A stretch of DNA of 40,240 nucleotides. Source: an uncultured Lentisphaerales bacterium (GTDB lineage: Bacteria; Verrucomicrobiota; Lentisphaeria; JABSQK01; UBA12247). The stretch spans positions 1-40,240 of the forward strand of contig CALSSJ010000003.1 in assembly GCA_943788985.1 (NCBI GenBank), given 5' to 3'. A program made the position numbers and the translations under genes. This document shows positions 17,601 to 27,400 of this stretch, one piece after another. Positions within the stretch are counted from its first letter, which is position 1. Each line of letters begins with the position of its first letter. The notes below the pieces were generated by a model that was not told the origin of the DNA, did not search any database, and saw nothing but the letters and a program-made list of their open reading frames with translations.

Positions 17601-19404
17601 CAACGAAGTTCGCTTTTATGTCGATGGTAAGCTGAAACACACATCGGCTGACCTCTCGGCCCTGACGGAATCACAGCAATTTATTCACCAGAAATTTGTG
17701 TGGAAAAATGAAGGTGTAGTCGACGATCTGTCCTTGCTCAGTCGTCCATTGAGTGAGCACGAAATTTCTGTCCTAGTCAATGCCCCGTTCAAGCAGAGTT
17801 TTCTGACGGTCTCCTACGATGCCAACGGAGCGGATCAGGGTGTGCCTCCTGTCGATCAGATGGTGATAAAAGGGTACGACCTTGCATTCGCCGGAGGCGA
17901 GGGTTTATCGCGTGTAGGCCACAATTTCACGGGCTGGAACACCGCTGCAGACGGGACAGGGTATTCCCTCAATGCGGGTGCTGTCACCACAGTCGCAGTC
18001 AACTTCTCACCACGTTTTCATCTGGCGAAGCTGTACGCACAGTGGTCGCCTAACAGCTACACGCTCAGCTTCGACAGTGCCGGCGGTTCACCCGTGGAAT
18101 CCATTACCCAGGACTACGACACTGCGGTGGCCGCTCCGGCGCCCCCAACCCGCGAAGGCTATACGTTCACCGGCTGGAATCCCGCAGTACCTCAGACGAT
18201 GCCTGCAGAGAGTCGCTCTCTTGCCGCACTGTGGTCTGTCAACAGCTACACGCTTAGCTTCGACAGTGCCGGCGGTTCACCCGTGGAATCCATTACCCAG
18301 GACTACGACACTGCGGTGGCCGCTCCGGCGCCCCCAACCCGCGAAGGCTATACGTTCACCGGCTGGAATCCCGCAGTACCTCAGACGATGCCTGCAGAGA
18401 GTCGCTCTCTTGCCGCACTGTGGTCTGTCAACAGCTACACGCTTAGCTTCGACAGTGCCGGCGGTTCACCCGTGGAATCCATTACCCAGGACTACGACAC
18501 TGCGGTGGCCGCTCCGGCGCCCCCAACCCGCGAAGGCTATACGTTCACCGGCTGGAATCCCGCAGTACCTCAGACGATGCCTGCAGAGAGTCGCTCTCTT
18601 GCCGCACTGTGGTCTGTCAACAGCTACACGCTTAGCTTCGACAGTGCCGGCGGTTCACCCGTGGAATCCATTACCCAGGACTACGACACTGCGGTGGCCG
18701 CTCCGGCGCCCCCAACCCGCGAAGGCTATACGTTCACCGGCTGGAATCCCGCAGTACCTCAGACGATGCCTGCAGAGAGTCGCTCTCTTGCCGCACTGTG
18801 GTCTGTCAACAGCTACACGCTTAGCTTCGACAGTGCCGGCGGTTCACCCGTGGAATCCATTACCCAGGACTACGACACTGCGGTGGCCGCTCCGGATGCA
18901 CCTCTCCGTGCACACTACAGGTTCGTGGACTGGACTCCTCCGATGGCAGTCAATATGCCACCTGCTGATCAGGTATTCACGGCCCAATGGCTGCCCGTAT
19001 TCAATCTGTCTCTGCAAGAAGGCTGGAACTTGGTATCACTGCCTATCCTAGTGAATCAATCCTCGGTGCAAGAGAATGCAGAGCTCGATATTTTCGATTG
19101 GTCAGCCACCGGCCTGACAAGGGCAGAAACGGTATATCCTGGAACGGGCTACTTGGTATTCAGTCGCACTAAACAGGTACTAACACTCGAGGGCCAGGTG
19201 GTTGCGGGGCCGGCAGAGTTGCCGGCTGACGGGTGGAATCTGGTCGGCATCGTTACCCCACCACCTTATGCGTCTGTTGCGGTTGAAGGAGCCTTTCTTC
19301 CCGCCCGGAAAGTCGATGCTCCCATTTGGTACCTTCGAGGTAATGCCTGGCGCAGGGCCAAAGAGTTACAGCCGGGAGTCGGCTATTGGGTGTTCCGTGA
19401 TTAA
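14686..19404 (+). CDS. Large secreted protein: PI-PLC X domain, unknown domain, 2x LamG, TSP3-like Ca repeat, InlB-B repeats, GWNL-type C-terminal domain
   Basis: Likely start ATG 14686 (AAGGA RBS; signal MIRIVVLMLAFTSSICWA). WMSQLPD, LSIPGTHDAG, GVRFLDLR, TLGETRGKMV, GIVLLDFP (PI-PLC); QWHRVVITVD and WHHYAVV (LamG); DSDVDGLPDSWE; YTLSFDSAGG...REGYTFTGW repeats. Confidence 0.9.
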   Translation: MIRIVVLMLAFTSSICWADYQAVDTLGSDGAPKTSHPEWMSQLPDSMRVSELSIPGTHDAGAIGAQLTNEPGFPNAWSNCQDATLWQQLVAGVRFLDLRVIRVDQYYVHHASWIYQSLESALDEIELFLEQFPREVVLCRISTTVGAPTETWPEHYVNNILPRPSIWQRPGKTRADGITPTEYADEAIGDSFLDGFFDNSSYYWPTLGETRGKMVMFIAPNPKLAHPARVNNGRLFASSGNGYRRSGNPNYFKSTLDVFSYPEKNQADDLDHLRQASNDSRTDRLYVTGLNMAYSPEALTTPSGWAVTQNRWLMSKLNDSMSRPAKKTGIVLLDFPGPGPLDSIIALNFRHATRSYGIYDDFVAYAAKLPYQATPGIGAGDGLTGTPLGRARGWRRLLKERIPTTQFNTYWFTAVGAINFFAHSLSSNEKSRLSTVTGNSNTGGIIFQSHNIPTNLTNAEVTTLLASVVGNTATAIRDSFEARWSDHEWTVFMYSTSGVPLDGLDFDEHVVRGEWFFWDGTTFTKVVVAGSRKPATVDHSVAEQSRSVVGHWEFPQSTWQDAVKGENLEVDSAQVSSQTGFISLESDVSGIQARSGPPFRGVGGIESLRRDQGPGAVRMHKWSLILDLKLETLRPWSLAQIDTPSFNTTGPAIGINEFGAIGIDGIYHGNLIPGQWHRVVITVDTTGSERMSFSIDGREVGWNAVRNFTVTGDPVNGFVYSDIERWSMRQKLLLFGVGQSGIAQGEINVGGIQIRNYQMSEAEIGWLGGVTAPADTISGVMNDSDVDGLPDSWEIAHFGSLAKLAHGDDDGDSRSNLEEVAEGTSPMDRSSRKEEGLLAWYPFEGNVRNQVDSDDDLDGDVPDYLSTMDRFGNDDAALGFAEYSNDFTNTDFELGLVPESTRTWSFWARSTKPGWDYGNDTVGIYTGGPLNIKIFEGYLKFSVSTDSGDDDWQDSERINTDWHHYAVVKDFNNEVRFYVDGKLKHTSADLSALTESQQFIHQKFVWKNEGVVDDLSLLSRPLSEHEISVLVNAPFKQSFLTVSYDANGADQGVPPVDQMVIKGYDLAFAGGEGLSRVGHNFTGWNTAADGTGYSLNAGAVTTVAVNFSPRFHLAKLYAQWSPNSYTLSFDSAGGSPVESITQDYDTAVAAPAPPTREGYTFTGWNPAVPQTMPAESRSLAALWSVNSYTLSFDSAGGSPVESITQDYDTAVAAPAPPTREGYTFTGWNPAVPQTMPAESRSLAALWSVNSYTLSFDSAGGSPVESITQDYDTAVAAPAPPTREGYTFTGWNPAVPQTMPAESRSLAALWSVNSYTLSFDSAGGSPVESITQDYDTAVAAPAPPTREGYTFTGWNPAVPQTMPAESRSLAALWSVNSYTLSFDSAGGSPVESITQDYDTAVAAPDAPLRAHYRFVDWTPPMAVNMPPADQVFTAQWLPVFNLSLQEGWNLVSLPILVNQSSVQENAELDIFDWSATGLTRAETVYPGTGYLVFSRTKQVLTLEGQVVAGPAELPADGWNLVGIVTPPPYASVAVEGAFLPARKVDAPIWYLRGNAWRRAKELQPGVGYWVFRD
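18052..18895 (+). repeat. Intragenic 189-bp (63-aa) tandem array, about 4.5 near-identical units
   Basis: Units start at 18052, 18241, 18430, 18619 and 18808. The only difference I saw is a synonymous CTC/CTT at 18066. The fifth unit diverges after 18895. Confidence 0.95.
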
Positions 19405-19446
19405 CTGATAGGAAATTGCTTTTTCCCGATATGGCAAAGATATGCT
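19403..19446 (-). mobile_element. IS91-family oriIS-like terminus, copy 2 (orphan, no adjacent transposase)
   Basis: First 29 bp identical to 6899-6927, then 11/15 identical. It begins within the TAA stop of the giant gene. Confidence 0.75.
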
Positions 19447-19896
19447 CTTTCACCACGACTGGGATCATCACAGTCGCCTCCCGAGCTGGTGCCGTGCCCG
19501 CTGTCTCGACACAGACCAGGCCAGCGCTGCTTTGATCACCGACCTCAAACGCCGCGGGCTCCTCGACGACACGCTCGTCATCTGGGGCGGCGAATGCGGC
19601 CGTGGCGTTGCGGGCAAGGTCGGTGGGACAGCCCCGATGCAGGCGGCGATCACCACCCGCGCTGTTTCACCATGTCGGTGGCCGGCGGCGGTATCAAACG
19701 CGGCATGAGCTAAAGCGCCACCGTCGACTACAGCTTCAACGTCGTCGAGAATCCGGTCCACGTCCGTGATCTCCACGCCACGGCCCTACATCTACTCGGC
19801 ATCGAGCACGAACGCTTCACGTACCGCTACCAGGGACTCGACTTCCACCTGACCAGCGTCGACGAGGCCAAGATCATTCACGAGATTCTGCGCTAG
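19447..19896 (+). pseudogene. DUF1501-family protein, C-terminal pseudogene fragment
   Basis: WDHH, DQASAALITDLKRRGLLDDTLVIWGGEx[46 protein letters not shown]. Contains a frameshift and an internal stop. Confidence 0.85.
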
Positions 19897-19944
19897 CTAT
19901 GCGGCCGCCAAGTCGAACCACGAATGGACATAGTGCGGGCTTTG

Positions 19945-20120
19945 CCCGGAAAACTACGCTCTCGCTGGCATTTACGGGCCCGGCAAACGAGGTGAACGTC
20001 GAATCAGGCGGTCAGGCTCTGCCCGTTACGATCACGCAGGAAGAGAGCCGGGTCTTGATCAAATTTGCAAACAAAGTGGTGCTTGACGCCGGCCAGCAGA
20101 TCAGGGTCAGCCTCCTGTAG
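19945..20120 (+). pseudogene. Orphan C-terminal beta-sandwich fragment, possibly a glycoside hydrolase tail
   Basis: TTLSLAFTGPANEVNVESGGQALPVTITQEESRVLIKFANKVVLDAGQQIRVSLL* is protein-like but has no credible start. Confidence 0.4.
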
Positions 20121-20128
20121 GGCGCCAT

Positions 20129-20148
20129 CCCGTAATTTTGATTACGGG
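20129..20148. terminator. Hairpin, possible terminator
   Basis: CCCGTAAT-TTTG-ATTACGGG just after the stop at 20120; no clear U tract. Confidence 0.3.
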
Positions 20149-20214
20149 TGTCATGTTGCATCCGATTGCATTGGCCTACTGTCCCCAGCGGGGATCTGAG
20201 TTGGCTGCCTGCGC

Positions 20215-20701
20215 GCCATGGTGTTGGTATGGCCAGAAAGTTTGCCCAGAATACCACGATAGCCGCCACGGTCACGCACCGTGACCTGTTTTTCTAGCTT
20301 GGCAGAAATCACCGGCATTGCGCCGAAAAAGCCGCTTGATGGCAAAATCTTGCTGCCGCTGATCAACGGCAGTGTCACAGAGCTACATGCGGACGAGCCC
20401 TTGTTCTGGGACTCCGGCAGTCAAAAGAATTGGGGGTTCGCCAGAGAAAATGGAAGCTTGTTTATCGCCCAGCAGTCAAGCAGTAAAAGCCTATGAGTTG
20501 GCTGAAAACGGGCTGGTGACACCAGAGTTTCGGATCGTGCCGATCTTCAACGGGCTGCAGCTTTACGATCCTGAGGCCAATCCTGGTGAATCCAAGAATC
20601 TGGCCCATCAGCATCCCGAGAAAGTCGCCACATTGACAAAGCGGCACACTATCTGGCGTGCGAAAATGGCCAACCCGATTAAGGGAAAGGGCCGAAAATA
20701 G
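20215..20701 (+). pseudogene. Sulfatase C-terminal fragment, frameshifted
   Basis: LDGKILLPLI, LFWD, RKWKLV, QLYD...NPGESKNLAHQHPEKV across several frames. Confidence 0.75.
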
Positions 20702-20795
20702 CCCCGGCGACTAAAACATGCTGCCCATGCCCGTGCCCGATTGCCGCATACCAAGAGCTGAATTAACGATCAGGTGAAGCGATGCTGCAGTCCGC

Positions 20796-22313
<1,518 letters not shown>

Positions 22314-22433
22314 GGACTTGGGTTCCGCAGTTGGTTAGATTCGTGGACTTACAGAATCTACTGCGAAACCGCCTGATCCGCGCCATAGCTTGGCCCGTTT
22401 GGGATGAGCATGGTTCACGATTCGTCGAATCTC

Positions 22434-23264
22434 CTAGACTATGGGATTCCAGTCATCGTTATCGAGCACGTCGCCGATTTCGAGCTGCTTGAGAATCACC
22501 GGAGGCAGAATGTTGGGGCTGCCGTTGAAGGTGCTGCCAATCGGCATATAGGCGCAGGTCATCGCAACGCGGCGACCACGTGTCATGTTGGCGCCGGCGC
22601 CGTGCGCGGTCAGCCCATTGTGGAAGCTGCAGTCGCCTGCTTTCATGGGCACAGACACAGGATCGACTGCGGTCATCTTGGGATAGATCTTGAAGAGGCC
22701 AACGAGATTCTGCCCAATAGCGATATTGTCGAAGTTGGCCAGACGATGCGAGCCCGGCACAAACCACATATTGCCGTTCTCCGGCGTGGCATCTTCGAGG
22801 GCAATCCAGATACTGAGCGCGTGGCGTGACCGAAACGACCAATAGGGATTGTCGAGGTGCCAGGCAGTGGGGTTGCCGTAGGGCTCTTTGATCAGGGCTT
22901 GGTCGTGCCAAACGCGGAAGCCTTCGACCGGACCATCGTCGTCATCGGCGGTAATCTCGTTCGCGCGCTCAAGCGTCGTGAGCATGCGCCCCAACTCGGG
23001 GTGCAGCATGTAGCGCTTGACGGTGTCACTGATGCGCCAGAGGTTGAGCTTCTGGGTAAAAACGCTGTCGTAGTAGCTGTCACCATCGGTCATGGTCTGG
23101 CTGTCGTCGCGGCTGGCGATCTTGTTCTTGCCCATGTCAGAAATCGCGTCCAGGACGGCACCCTTCAGTTCTGTTACTTCGTCCGGACTCAGGAAGGCGC
23201 GGTGGGGCACAAAGCCATCTCGGCCATAGGCGGCGATTTGTTCGTCGGTGAGCGTGAAATTCAT
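22434..23264 (-). CDS. Phytanoyl-CoA dioxygenase (PhyH) family Fe/2OG enzyme
   Basis: Likely start MNFTLTDEQIAAY; WHLD, IWIALEDATPENG, VPGSH, FHNGLTAHGAGAN. Confidence 0.9.
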   Translation of the reverse strand: MNFTLTDEQIAAYGRDGFVPHRAFLSPDEVTELKGAVLDAISDMGKNKIASRDDSQTMTDGDSYYDSVFTQKLNLWRISDTVKRYMLHPELGRMLTTLERANEITADDDDGPVEGFRVWHDQALIKEPYGNPTAWHLDNPYWSFRSRHALSIWIALEDATPENGNMWFVPGSHRLANFDNIAIGQNLVGLFKIYPKMTAVDPVSVPMKAGDCSFHNGLTAHGAGANMTRGRRVAMTCAYMPIGSTFNGSPNILPPVILKQLEIGDVLDNDDWNPIV

Positions 23265-23379
23265 CGTAAGGTTCTGCTTGAGGGTTGGTATTCTGGCTTT
23301 CAAAGATAAGAGTATAAGCCATGTATGCTAAATTTTCTTTGCTTATATTGATTACTTACCCTGATAATATTCACCTCCC
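23265..23379. promoter_or_regulatory. AT-rich divergent promoter region between phyH and araC
   Basis: TTGCTT-N18-GATAAT on + and TATACT on -; divergent regulator/target layout. Confidence 0.4.
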
Positions 23380-24369
23380 ATGACCTCGCGCAGAATCACA
23401 CTTGGGCCATCACTCAAGGCCTCCCTCCAGCAGCACGGGGTGGCAGTCCAATACTTTCCGCGCTACGTCAACCGTACACTGCGCCCTCATTCGCTGAATG
23501 CACTACTCCTCTCGTTTGTCGTCCGTGGGCGCGGGCGGCATGTGATAGGAAAGACAGAATTCGAGGAATCTGGCGGCTCCATTGCCATCACTCATTACGG
23601 GGAAGTCCACGACATCCTGACAGACGCCGGGGGCATGGACATCTACAATATCCTCCTTGATCCAGCCACCAGCGTGCTACCATCGCTGCCTCCAGACTTA
23701 CGCGAAACCTTGCATGTGATCTTGCCGCAGCACAAGGGCTTCCGCAACCAGATGAATCGGGCCATCCACCTGGAGATTCCGGAGCCAGCACGACTGGCCG
23801 AGATCACTGCGCGAATGGCAGAGGAAATCAATCGGCCGGCGCCAGGCTCGGCGGATGTGGTGGCGGCATGCTTACGAATCTTCCTGATCGAGTGTTGCCG
23901 GGCCGCGCAACGAAGCGGTATCCAATCAAGCCATGCTCTGGGTACACCTGCGTGGGTAGAGCGGCTCTGCGCCCGCATGGACACGCAGTACGCGCAGCAA
24001 CTGACGCTTGAAGACTTGGCTGTGGCGGTGCGTCTGAGCCCTGGCTATCTTTGTCGTGCCTTCAAGCGGCACACAGGCAAGACCGTGTTCGCATACCTAA
24101 TCGAGCGCCGCATCCAAGCTGCAATGTTGCGGTTGTCGACTACTGACGACAAGGTCATTGCCATTGCGCTGGAGTGCGGTTTCAATGACCTGACCTACTT
24201 CAATCGCAAGTTTCGCCAACTCCTCGGCTGCACGCCGACCGCCTACCGCCGGCGACAACATGATCCAGCTCTGGTCCTGCCCCCGACCAATCCGATTTGC
24301 CACATCCTAGGTGGTGAAGATAGGCATCCGCATGTCACCGAGCATCTGGACATGACTCCCTTCGCATAA
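23380..24369 (+). CDS. AraC-family transcriptional regulator
   Basis: N-terminal cupin-like region (RPHSL, GRGRH); double HTH LSPGYLCRAFKRHTG and IALECGFNDLTYFNRKFR...TPTAYR. Confidence 0.93.
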   Translation: MTSRRITLGPSLKASLQQHGVAVQYFPRYVNRTLRPHSLNALLLSFVVRGRGRHVIGKTEFEESGGSIAITHYGEVHDILTDAGGMDIYNILLDPATSVLPSLPPDLRETLHVILPQHKGFRNQMNRAIHLEIPEPARLAEITARMAEEINRPAPGSADVVAACLRIFLIECCRAAQRSGIQSSHALGTPAWVERLCARMDTQYAQQLTLEDLAVAVRLSPGYLCRAFKRHTGKTVFAYLIERRIQAAMLRLSTTDDKVIAIALECGFNDLTYFNRKFRQLLGCTPTAYRRRQHDPALVLPPTNPICHILGGEDRHPHVTEHLDMTPFA

Positions 24370-24441
24370 AATGCAATGACCTGTCAGATGGTGACATCAC
24401 CACGCATTTATTCAAAAGATCAACCGACCTTCAGGCCCAGT

Positions 24442-26181
24442 TTACCTCTCAGCGAGAAACGCGAGCACCCTGTCCATCGGCCAGCAGTTCAGGATATGCT
24501 CCTGGCTCATCCACGCTTTGCGACAGAAGCCAAGCCCCATCGGGATGTACTCGAATTGGTAACGCGCATGTGCGTCGGGATTGACGCTGCATAACGCGCC
24601 CTTCTCGGCGGCACGCCGCCAGATCGTCCAATCCAGATCGAGCCGCGATGGGTTGCAGTTGAACTCGAGGGCAACGTTGTTTGCGATTGCCGCATCCAGC
24701 ACCTTCTCAATGTCGAGCGCATACGGCTCACGCCGTAGCAGAATACGGCCGGTCGGATGGGCGATGATGCGCACCGCGGGGTGCTCAATAGCCTTGATCA
24801 TCCGGGCGGTCTGCTCCTCCTCGCTGCGCGAAAATGATGAATGAATCGCCCCGATCGCATAGTCCAACTGGGCCAGGACGTCGTCTTCGTAGTCAAGGGT
24901 ACCGTTGACCATGATATCGCACTCCACGCCAGCAAGCAGCCGAAAGTCCGGAATCGTAGGCGCGAGCTCGCGAATGGTCTGGATCTGTGCCAGCAAGCGC
25001 TCGACGTCAAGGCCGCGCGCCTGCACAGATGACTTGCTGTGATCGGTGATGCCAAGATAGGTATGACCGAGCCCCTGCGCATGCCTGACCAGCTCTTCGA
25101 TCGTGTTGGTACCGTCGGAGGCACGCGTATGGCAATGCAGAACGCCGGTATAGTCCTGATCCTGCACCAGCCGGGGGAAGGCTCCGTCCGGCCCGATCGT
25201 CTCGGCGCGCTCGACCTCGCCCAGATTCTCGCGCAGCTCTGGCGGAATGTAGCACAGGCCCAGCTGGTGGTACAGGTCGGCCTCCTCCAAGCAAGGAATG
25301 CGTTGGTCCTGCTCTGGGCCTTCGAACAGTCCCCACTCGCTGACCTTCATGCCCATGCGCTGGGCGCGGCCACGCAGAGCGATGTTGTGGTCCTTGCTGC
25401 CGCTGAAGTGCTGCAACGCGTTGGCGAAGACATCATCGCCAACCAGGCGCAGATCACACTGGATGCCGCCTTTCATGATGACCGATGATTTGGTCACGCC
25501 GTGTGTAAGTACCGTGTCGACCTCTGGAAGCGTGACGAACACCGCCATAACTGCAGCTGGCTCCTCGGTCGAAGCCAGAATGTCCGCGTCCTTGGTCACG
25601 TTCTTAAAGCGCCGCAGGCTGCCCGCCATTTCGATACGTTGCAGCTGGGGCAACTCCCGCAAGGCCGCAATAATCTTGTCCGCAGCGCTGCGTGCCTTCC
25701 GATACAGGAATAGTGAAGCGTTTCTCTTCTTGAGCTGGATTGCTTCGAGGATCTTGGCAGCAGTCTTCTCCCCACAGCCCGCCAGCGCAGCAACCCGCCC
25801 ATCCTCACAGGCAGCCGTGAGACCCTCGAGGTCTGAGATCTCCAACTCTTGGTAAAACAGCTTGGCCTTCTTGGGGCCCACGCCGTTTAACGACATCACA
25901 TCCAGTAGCCCATCCGGGAACTGAGCACGCAAGTTGTCGAGGTATGCCAGCTTCCCGTGCGCGACCAGTTCCTGCAGCTTCTGGACGAGTGACTTACCAA
26001 AGCCCTTTTGCTTGGCGATCTCCCCGCTGGTTACCAGCTCCTGAAAGTCACCATCGAGCCCGTTTAGCGCCCGCGCGCCATTGGTATAGGCGCGAATCTT
26101 GAATGTACCTTCGCCCTTTAGCTCAAGCCAGAGTGCGATCTCTTCGAGAGCGGCGATAGCTTGCCTACGTGTTACCGCCAT
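24442..26181 (-). CDS. polX: DNA polymerase/3'-5' exonuclease PolX (PolX + PHP)
   Basis: FKIRAY, GVGPKK, AGSLRR, DADIL, DLRLV, HFSGSKDHN, YIPPELRE; PHP motifs HCHT..SDG, ITDHS, IIAHPTGR, NPDAH. Confidence 0.95.
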   Translation of the reverse strand: MAVTRRQAIAALEEIALWLELKGEGTFKIRAYTNGARALNGLDGDFQELVTSGEIAKQKGFGKSLVQKLQELVAHGKLAYLDNLRAQFPDGLLDVMSLNGVGPKKAKLFYQELEISDLEGLTAACEDGRVAALAGCGEKTAAKILEAIQLKKRNASLFLYRKARSAADKIIAALRELPQLQRIEMAGSLRRFKNVTKDADILASTEEPAAVMAVFVTLPEVDTVLTHGVTKSSVIMKGGIQCDLRLVGDDVFANALQHFSGSKDHNIALRGRAQRMGMKVSEWGLFEGPEQDQRIPCLEEADLYHQLGLCYIPPELRENLGEVERAETIGPDGAFPRLVQDQDYTGVLHCHTRASDGTNTIEELVRHAQGLGHTYLGITDHSKSSVQARGLDVERLLAQIQTIRELAPTIPDFRLLAGVECDIMVNGTLDYEDDVLAQLDYAIGAIHSSFSRSEEEQTARMIKAIEHPAVRIIAHPTGRILLRREPYALDIEKVLDAAIANNVALEFNCNPSRLDLDWTIWRRAAEKGALCSVNPDAHARYQFEYIPMGLGFCRKAWMSQEHILNCWPMDRVLAFLAER

Positions 26182-26215
26182 GCGACTCTCCTATTGATAC
26201 GGAAGCGGAATGATC

Positions 26216-27400
26216 TCAAATGTGCCTGGCGGACTTGGCCCAAGCTTTGGTCACAGCCAGGCATTCCTCGTGGCTCGCCCGAGGCTCGTAGCCCAATTCC
26301 TCTTTGAGCTTCTTGTTTGAGAAGCAGACGCCGTGCCCATAGACATGCAGTAAATCAGCGCTTGGCGGCTTTGCTACTTTCTGGGTCACCTTGAGGGCTG
26401 GCGGCCGATACTCGGTCTTCGGGTTATCCAGCACTCGCTTGCGACAACGCTCGCGAAGGCTCTCCGGTGTCATCTTCCACAGCTTCTTCTGCAGGCCGCC
26501 CAGACTCTTGGTGCTATTTGCTTGGAACGAGCTGTATTTTAGAATAGGCAGCACTGCGTTCTTCCAGGCATCGGCAAAGAAGCCGACGTCGTCGGCTCCG
26601 GCCGCAGCGAGCTTTGCGATATCCGCAAAATCGATCGACTTCAACTCTGCGCCGATCCAGTCTGCGTAAGGCTGGTAGAGCTGCTCCCAGGTGAGCTCGT
26701 CGCTATCGGTAACATGATAGATCTGGCCGATGGCCTGGGCTTCACGGACCGCCAGCAAGATCGCTTCCACTGCGTTATCCACATGGATTGCATTGGACGC
26801 ATGCTTGCCACCATTGACCACGGAAATCACGCCAGCGCGAATGGCACTGATGGGCCCCACGGTATAGGGCGCGGAGAAGGGGCCCCAAATGTTGCCCATG
26901 CGTAGCACAGTCAACGGCAGGCCGCCGTTGCGGTGCATCTCCCACAGCACATTCTCGGCTTCCATCTTGGTATCGCAGTAGACATCCCCCGATGGTTTCA
27001 TCGGCAATGTTTCATCGGCGATAGGCCCACCGTCCGGCAGGTACGAGTACACGCCCTGGGTGCTAATGTGGACAAACTTCTTGACCCCGGCCTTCTGCGC
27101 TTCAACGGCCAGATTGCGGGTGCCATCTACGGTGACCGCTCGCTGCAGTTCGTCCGAACCGCCAGCGCCATAGGCGCAATGTATGACCACGTCGCAGCCT
27201 TCCACGGCCTTGGCAACTTGCTCGGACTTAAGAATGTTACACCAGCAGAGGTCCACGGGGAGGCGACAAAGCCGCACTGACCCAGCCGGGCTGTAGCCCA
27301 TCGCGCGGGGTACAATCTTCTCCGCGAGCAGCAAGCGTTCCACCAGGCGACCGCCCAGAAAGCCACCACCGCCGGTGACCAGAATCTTTGGCGTACTCAT
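26216..27400 (-). CDS. NAD-dependent epimerase/dehydratase (extended SDR)
   Basis: Start ATG 27400 overlaps the upstream stop as ATGA; ILVTGGGGFLG, VIHCA, FVHIST, YCDTK (YxxxK). Confidence 0.9.
   Translation of the reverse strand: MSTPKILVTGGGGFLGGRLVERLLLAEKIVPRAMGYSPAGSVRLCRLPVDLCWCNILKSEQVAKAVEGCDVVIHCAYGAGGSDELQRAVTVDGTRNLAVEAQKAGVKKFVHISTQGVYSYLPDGGPIADETLPMKPSGDVYCDTKMEAENVLWEMHRNGGLPLTVLRMGNIWGPFSAPYTVGPISAIRAGVISVVNGGKHASNAIHVDNAVEAILLAVREAQAIGQIYHVTDSDELTWEQLYQPYADWIGAELKSIDFADIAKLAAAGADDVGFFADAWKNAVLPILKYSSFQANSTKSLGGLQKKLWKMTPESLRERCRKRVLDNPKTEYRPPALKVTQKVAKPPSADLLHVYGHGVCFSNKKLKEELGYEPRASHEECLAVTKAWAKSARHI

Noticed and set aside
18052..18895. Regular repeat array as a CRISPR or ncRNA array
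   Set aside because: Contiguous 189-bp in-frame coding units with no unique spacers and no cas genes.
17972..19051. 359-aa alternative-frame ORF over the repeat array
   Set aside because: Open only because the 189-bp unit has no stop in that frame; no start context or protein-like composition.
14686..19404. Giant protein as substrate of the TolC/MFP operon
   Set aside because: It has a Sec-type signal peptide, no RTX-like motifs, different base composition, and is separated from the operon by IS debris.
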